This document shows positions 54,165 through 58,367 of a stretch of DNA of 58,367 bases, one piece after another. Location: NCBI GenBank assembly GCA_034434335.1, contig DAOTZS010000208.1, forward strand, positions 1 through 58,367. The letters run 5' to 3'. Source of the DNA: Anaerolineae bacterium. Lineage in GTDB: Bacteria > Chloroflexota > Anaerolineae > CG2-30-64-16. Position 1 is the stretch's first letter. Each line of letters begins with the position of its first letter. The position numbers and the translations under genes are program-made. Under the pieces are notes generated by a model. The model had not been told where the DNA came from. It was given only the letters and a program-made list of their open reading frames with translations, and ran no database searches.

Positions 54165-55409
54165 TCAGCGTGGCGGGTGGACGCTGAGGTACTGGAGCAG
54201 GAAGGGGAACACCTCGTCCAGGACTTCGTAGCTCTCCCAGCCCGGGGAAGCCGCGGCTGCGAAGATCGCCGCCCCCAGAACGTAGTCGTCCTGCTGGAGC
54301 ATGGCGTCGTACCAGGCCAACTGCTCGACATAATTGCCGGGCGCATCGCTACCCATCCCCAACTCTTCCCAATAACCGGCGAAGTCGCGCCAGCCACGGC
54401 CTGGTGGCCCGGGCCGGTTGGCCACCAGGCCATCAATCCCCACTTCTGTCAATAAGAGCGGTAGAGAGAGGCCATTGGGCTGCAGATAATTGCGGTACAC
54501 CTTGCGATAGCGCAGCGTCAGCCATCCCTCCTGGGCCGGATCAGTGTCCCATCCCAGGGGGTCCTGGGGGGTGCCGAATTGCATGGTGGGCGCGGCATAT
54601 TCGTGCAAACCCAGGTAGCCGGCGTGCTCGATGGCTGCCTCCAGAGCCGGCCGGAAATGGGGCCACAGCTCCAGGGCAGGGTGGCCTGTGCCGAAGTTGC
54701 CAATGACAGATCGCACGCCTGCTGCGGCCAGGAGCCGGGTGCGTTCGGCTTCAAATTCGGCCAGCCGGCTCATCTGGTCTGCATTGGTTGCCAGCGGTTC
54801 ATTGTAAGCTTCCCAGCCGTCGAAAGCGGCCAGCCGGCGTGGTTCGGTGGCGATGGGCAAGAGCCGGTCGGCGAAGGCACGCGCGGCACCGGCCGGGTCT
54901 GTCAGGCCGGCCAGGTCTATCTGGGGCAGGTCTATGCGGCCCACCAGGAGGGTGTGGGGCGAGATCTGCTTGATCTCCGTGGCGAAGTTCGGGTCATATT
55001 CGAGCGTTTTGACCAGAGCTACGTTGCGGGTGCGGAGCAGGTCGAAGATGCGCGGGTCGTTGCGTGTGATGAAGAGGCCCAGTTTGGTGGGAGGGCCGGG
55101 CGGGAAAGGGGTGGCCGTGGGGGTGGGGGTGGCGGTGGGGGGCCGTGTAGGGGTGGCGGTAGCCGTCGTGGTCGCGGTAAGGGGCGTGGTCGCAGTGGCG
55201 CGAGGCATCGGGGTACGGGTGGCCGCCTGGGTAGGACTGGACGTCGGGACACGCGGTGTGCGGGTAGGGGTGGGAGTGGGGCCAGGTGTACGTCGAGCAC
55301 ACGCGGCGCCCAAGGCCGCCAGGCCGCCTGCACTCAACGCGGCCAGGAAAGCCCGCCGGCTGAGGTATGGAGGCTTGGGGCGAAAGTGAGGGTCACGAGA
55401 GGCCGACAT
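54165..55409 (-). CDS. Tat-exported protein with a Pro/Thr-rich linker and a clan GH-A-like TIM-barrel glycoside hydrolase domain
   Basis: Twin-arginine signal 'LSRRAFLAALSAGGLAALGAA'. A PT-rich linker. 'EAYNEP' and 'LLLTEVGID' give the catalytic Glu contexts. Confidence 0.65.
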   Translation of the reverse strand: MSASRDPHFRPKPPYLSRRAFLAALSAGGLAALGAACARRTPGPTPTPTRTPRVPTSSPTQAATRTPMPRATATTPLTATTTATATPTRPPTATPTPTATPFPPGPPTKLGLFITRNDPRIFDLLRTRNVALVKTLEYDPNFATEIKQISPHTLLVGRIDLPQIDLAGLTDPAGAARAFADRLLPIATEPRRLAAFDGWEAYNEPLATNADQMSRLAEFEAERTRLLAAAGVRSVIGNFGTGHPALELWPHFRPALEAAIEHAGYLGLHEYAAPTMQFGTPQDPLGWDTDPAQEGWLTLRYRKVYRNYLQPNGLSLPLLLTEVGIDGLVANRPGPPGRGWRDFAGYWEELGMGSDAPGNYVEQLAWYDAMLQQDDYVLGAAIFAAAASPGWESYEVLDEVFPFLLQYLSVHPPR

Positions 55410-55419
55410 GGTTCTCTCC

Positions 55420-56181
55420 TTACTGGCGGGCAGGCTCCTGGGCGCGGGGGAGGATCACTAAAGGCACTCCTTCAGGCCCCCAGGCGGTGAACCAGCGGGC
55501 ATCCTCTGGGGCCAGGCGAATGCATCCGCGCGAGGCTGGGTAGTTGCCCAGGGCATCCAGGTCCTGGTAGACCTTCTGGCCGTCTACCAGCCTGTAGGGC
55601 GCGCCGTGGATCAGGATGCTGCCCACGTCTTCGAAGAGATACCACCCCTCGTCGGCGTAGACGCCAAAGGCCTGGAACGTGCCCCAATAGGGCCCCACCA
55701 GCCCATACCAGGCTGGCGTGTGGTAGCCGCGTGCTTCGTCCCCTGTGCTGATGGGCAGCTCGCGCGGCGGCTGGCCAGGATCCCAGATGGTCATCTTTTG
55801 CAGGTTGGGATCTACCACAATGAAGCGTCGGCTGGGGTCCATGCCGTACTGTTGCACTACGGCCGCCAGGTAAGGCGACAGCGCGACCGACACCTCCGCC
55901 CCGGCAGATGAAATGGTGGGGGCCGGCGTCGCGGCTGGGGTGATCACTGTCAGGGTCACAGGTACGCGGGTGGGCTGACGGGTTGGTGGCCGGGGAGTCT
56001 TGGTAGGGGTAGGGGTCACGGGGGCGGTGAAAGCTGCGTCTAACCCGCGGCTCCACATAGCCATGCGCGCAGCCCATGCGTTGACCGTCAGGCCGGCCAG
56101 CGCCAGGATGACCGCTGCGATCAGGACACCCAGGGTGATCCATCTCGAAGGAAGTGGCTTGCGGGACGAGAGGGCTCTCAT
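55420..56181 (-). CDS. L,D-transpeptidase (YkuD domain), membrane anchored
   Basis: TM 'ITLGVLIAAVILALAGL'. Catalytic motif 'IHGAP...PASRGCIRL'. Confidence 0.85.
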   Translation of the reverse strand: MRALSSRKPLPSRWITLGVLIAAVILALAGLTVNAWAARMAMWSRGLDAAFTAPVTPTPTKTPRPPTRQPTRVPVTLTVITPAATPAPTISSAGAEVSVALSPYLAAVVQQYGMDPSRRFIVVDPNLQKMTIWDPGQPPRELPISTGDEARGYHTPAWYGLVGPYWGTFQAFGVYADEGWYLFEDVGSILIHGAPYRLVDGQKVYQDLDALGNYPASRGCIRLAPEDARWFTAWGPEGVPLVILPRAQEPARQ

Positions 56182-56822
56182 CGGTCTCCGATGTCGCGCA
56201 GTCGTTGCTCGAAGCCACTGAGGGCCATCTGGAGTTCTTCCTGGCGGAGCGCGACGGTCAGGTCGCCCCGGGTGCGTTCCAGGACTCCGCGCAGCATATC
56301 GGTGCTGCGGCGCAGGCCGCCGGTGAGGGCGTCAGGGAAGTCTATAGTCATGAGCTGGCAGTAGATTTCGTCCATGAGTGCCAGGTATGGTTCAGCTTCG
56401 GCTGTGCGGCCCAGGCGGATCAGGTCGAGCACGAAGCGGCGCAGCTCACTGGCGGCCTCGGCCAGGCCGTTGAGGTAGGCCGCGGCTGGGATGCCCAGAT
56501 CGGCCGGGTCGGGGAGCTCTGTCCCGCGCACGAACGCGTAGAGGGCGTGAGCTTCGGCCAGTTCCTTCAGGGCATCCTGGGTATAGCCGGCCTCATTCAG
56601 GTCGGCGTAGGAGGCCACCCCTTCGGCCATGAGCCTGGCAACCTCCTGGGCGGCCTGCAAGAGCGTCGCTGCCTCCTGCCACTCGCGGCGGTGGATGGCG
56701 CGAATGGTGAGCGAGCAGAGGCGGATCAGCTCGCGGCTGCGATTAAGGGTGATATCGCGGATCTGATTCTTAACGGTGAGATCGCCGCGTATCTTTTCGA
56801 TGATCTGGGCGAGTTCGGGCAC
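56178..56822 (-). CDS. Translin-family protein (COG2178-like predicted nucleic-acid-binding protein)
   Basis: 'AAYLNGLAEAASELRRFVLDLIRLG...YLALMDEIYCQL...LRRSTDMLRGVLERTRGDL' is colinear with the translin C-terminal pattern (DYL.G...ELSR......GD.......F...L...F..L......LRK.YD.L). GTG at 56822 follows GGAGGAGG. The stop overlaps the ldt start by 4 nt. Confidence 0.7.
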   Translation of the reverse strand: MPELAQIIEKIRGDLTVKNQIRDITLNRSRELIRLCSLTIRAIHRREWQEAATLLQAAQEVARLMAEGVASYADLNEAGYTQDALKELAEAHALYAFVRGTELPDPADLGIPAAAYLNGLAEAASELRRFVLDLIRLGRTAEAEPYLALMDEIYCQLMTIDFPDALTGGLRRSTDMLRGVLERTRGDLTVALRQEELQMALSGFEQRLRDIGDR

Positions 56823-56880
56823 GGTTGCCTCCTCCAGGGTCAGGCGGAGGGGTATAATTGGCTCTGGAGAGTTGCTGCTG

Positions 56881-56910
56881 ATTATACCTTTGAGGGTGGC
56901 GCCTGGCCAA
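56881..56910 (-). promoter_or_regulatory. Candidate promoter of the translin-like / ldt operon
   Basis: The minus strand reads TTGGCC (56905-56910), an 18-nt spacer, TATAAT (56881-56886). Confidence 0.55.
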
Positions 56911-57365
56911 ATTGAGGTGTGTGATCCCATTTTGCGCAAGAGTATCCAGATACAGAATGCCCGGGCTCCCAAACGCCGCCTGTGCTATGGTCATACGGCC
57001 GTGCGCCCCGGGGCTGTAAGACGCCACGGCGTGTTTTGGCCCCATTCAGTGGATGAGCCTCCCCTTGGGGATAGGGCACTGTTCCTTCCCTGCGTGCGGG
57101 GGGAGGGCTCGGTTGCCATGTGCCGGCGAGCCGGGCAGAGCTGTCACGGGGGTGATGGGGTATGTGACAATAGAGCTAAGGTAGGAGAAAATTCCTATGG
57201 AAATCTTGGCGGAAAGTGCCATGAATAGGGAAGTACTGCCCGCCGCTTTTAGCAGCGGGCTCAGTTCAAAGGCCCTTGGGGGCTCAAAAATGGCCTGCAA
57301 GGCTTTGCTGAATCAGCCTGGCGGTTTACCGTAGGGCTGAGCGCGAGCAATTCTCTGACAGGCTC

Positions 57366-58367
57366 TTACATCTCCAGCTCGTCAGAAGCTGGCACCGGAC
57401 GGCCTGGCACCATCTCGGATATGCGGGAGTAAACCACGACGGCCTGGTTTCCCAGCTGAGGCTGATAGATGGCGAGCCAGAGAGTGTATCGATAAGTAAT
57501 GGCCAGCGCTGTCCACAGCCACAAGGGGAGCTTGCCGCTAAGGATCAGACCTTGTTCCGGTGGAACAAGGGGGACAGCCACTTCCTGGGCTTCGCTGTAA
57601 TCCAGGTAGGCAGTGGGAAGGGTGAAGGTAAGTTGGGTGTAATTGGCCCGGGACAGCCTGTGGACCTGCACAGGTACACCAGGGGATGAGCCCAGGGATA
57701 GGGCAGGCGGTGATACCCAGCCCAGACGGACATCGAACTGGTAGAAGGGCGCCGGGAAGGTCAGACAGGCCAGGGCGGCGTAGAGCCAGTTGGGGCCGCG
57801 CCCGTAGATGGCCAGGGGTGTGTTTTCGGGCAAATAGTCCAGCACGGCCGGCAGGTGGCGGGGTTCCCAGATAGCTTTTTCGCCGACAAAACGTACGCCG
57901 AGAGTGCGGGCCAGGCGGTCGAGGTCTACCGCGGTTTCGGTCGGGGCGGCGGTCAGGTGAGAACGGCGCAGTTCCTCCGGGTCATAGGCAAAGAGACGGG
58001 CCACCCGCTCGACCAGAGCGTTGAAGGTGGGGCCGGTGGCGGTTGTACCCCGTTCCAGGCCGGTGATGATGCCGCGCAGCGGGGGGCCGGCGTCGGTGAC
58101 GAAACCTGGACCGTCCCGTTGGGAGTGCAGGTCGGCCAGGAGGATCAGCCCGTGGCGGGCGAGCATCGCTGTCCAGGCAGTGTGCGCGGCCTCGTCACCG
58201 GTGAGCAGGATGGCATGGGAGCAGTGGTCAAAGATGCGTTCCTGGTCCGGCGTGGGGCGGCCTCCGATATCTACGATCAAGGGCAGGTGGCGAGCGGCGA
58301 TGTCCCGGCAGATGTGGTCCACCCAGAGGGGGGTCCCCTGCCCCTTGACCCGGATCCGCCGTACCAG
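57366..58367 (-). CDS. Protein with two tandem Csx3-like (Crn3 ring-nuclease-like) modules preceded by another domain; 5' end outside the window
   Basis: The frame stays open from the listed GTG (58322) to the window edge (LVRRIRVKGQGTPLW-VDH...). Module 1 is 'LAIYGRGPNWLYAALACLTFPAPFYQFDVRLGWV'. Module 2 is 'LILSGKLPLWLWTALAITYRYTLWLAIYQPQLGNQAVVVY'. Both resemble the Csx3 core 'ISGRGPIWLH..FLAH......VAVYDPRLGAVVV'. Confidence 0.65.
   Translation of the reverse strand: MVRRIRVKGQGTPLWVDHICRDIAARHLPLIVDIGGRPTPDQERIFDHCSHAILLTGDEAAHTAWTAMLARHGLILLADLHSQRDGPGFVTDAGPPLRGIITGLERGTTATGPTFNALVERVARLFAYDPEELRRSHLTAAPTETAVDLDRLARTLGVRFVGEKAIWEPRHLPAVLDYLPENTPLAIYGRGPNWLYAALACLTFPAPFYQFDVRLGWVSPPALSLGSSPGVPVQVHRLSRANYTQLTFTLPTAYLDYSEAQEVAVPLVPPEQGLILSGKLPLWLWTALAITYRYTLWLAIYQPQLGNQAVVVYSRISEMVPGRPVPASDELEM

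Noticed and set aside
54990-55340. GC-rich region where five or six overlapping ORFs are open in several frames; considered as a tandem DNA repeat or CRISPR-like array
   Set aside because: There is no regular repeat-spacer periodicity. It encodes the Pro/Thr-rich linker (…PTPTPTRTPR…TATPTPTATP…) of the Tat-exported hydrolase. The other frames are open only because of composition.
56973-57365. Checked for tmRNA, RNase P RNA, SRP/6S-like RNA because of GGGGCTG… and …GCCCGGGCTCC… strings
   Set aside because: The diagnostic elements are absent by eye: the tRNA-like acceptor/T-arm of tmRNA and the GAGGAAAGUCC P4 region of RNase P. The region is kept only as an unclassified non-coding region in the findings.
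1-58367. Search for CRISPR arrays or cas genes to go with the Csx3-like gene
   Set aside because: I found no regularly spaced direct repeats of 25-40 nt and no cas-like ORFs in the window. The only dispersed repeats are the four MITE copies and the palindromic block at 6476-6869.

Overview
High-GC bacterial chromosomal window. Protein flavour, the translin/AcnX/AOR content and the style of the intergenic hairpin repeats suggest a Chloroflexota-like organism, but this is inference only. I support about 50 CDS, one tRNA-Arg(UCU), no rRNA and no CRISPR array. Order of content: (1) a 5'-truncated MFS gene and a GDPD fusion gene. (2) A LacI-controlled carbohydrate island. A CUT2 sugar ABC importer on the minus strand lies divergent from lacI. 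lacI is followed by a Thermotoga-type inositol catabolic gene set: an IolM-like Zn-ADH, IolG, an IolN-like creatininase-family hydrolase, a second Gfo/Idh/MocA enzyme, an IolO-like TIM barrel and a PfkB kinase. Next comes a CUT1 ABC importer with two MalK-like ATPases. (3) An 11-gene co-directional minus-strand block: MoaD-like, tungsten-type aldehyde:ferredoxin oxidoreductase, sulfatase-like enzyme lacking the formylglycine motif, sulfotransferase, two Gfo/Idh/MocA, a TIM-barrel isomerase, a lipoprotein metallophosphoesterase interrupted by an in-frame TGA, an alpha/beta hydrolase and xylulokinase. (4) Aminotransferase + GT2, PatB. (5) A three-gene nucleic-acid-enzyme operon: histidine-phosphatase/methyltransferase fusion, UvdE, and an unknown domain fused to a DUF559-like domain. 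(6) tRNA-Arg, AcnX large subunit, lipid kinase, CAX antiporter, Maf. (7) Secreted clan GH-A-like and GH99-like proteins, PcrA, VOC. (8) A 731-aa tandem eukaryote-architecture phosphofructokinase. (9) L,D-transpeptidase, a translin-like protein, and at the window edge a 5'-truncated protein with two tandem Csx3-like modules. Four copies of a MITE-like element with about 12-bp terminal inverted repeats and 8-bp target-site duplications are scattered through the window. Several near-consensus sigma70-type promoters (TTGACA-17-TAGAAT style) and two 14-bp palindromic operators are readable directly. Many long ORFs in the track are GC-rich shadow frames and are rejected. Non-ORF coordinates were indexed by eye and anchored to ORF-track stops. 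They may be off by 1-2 nt.
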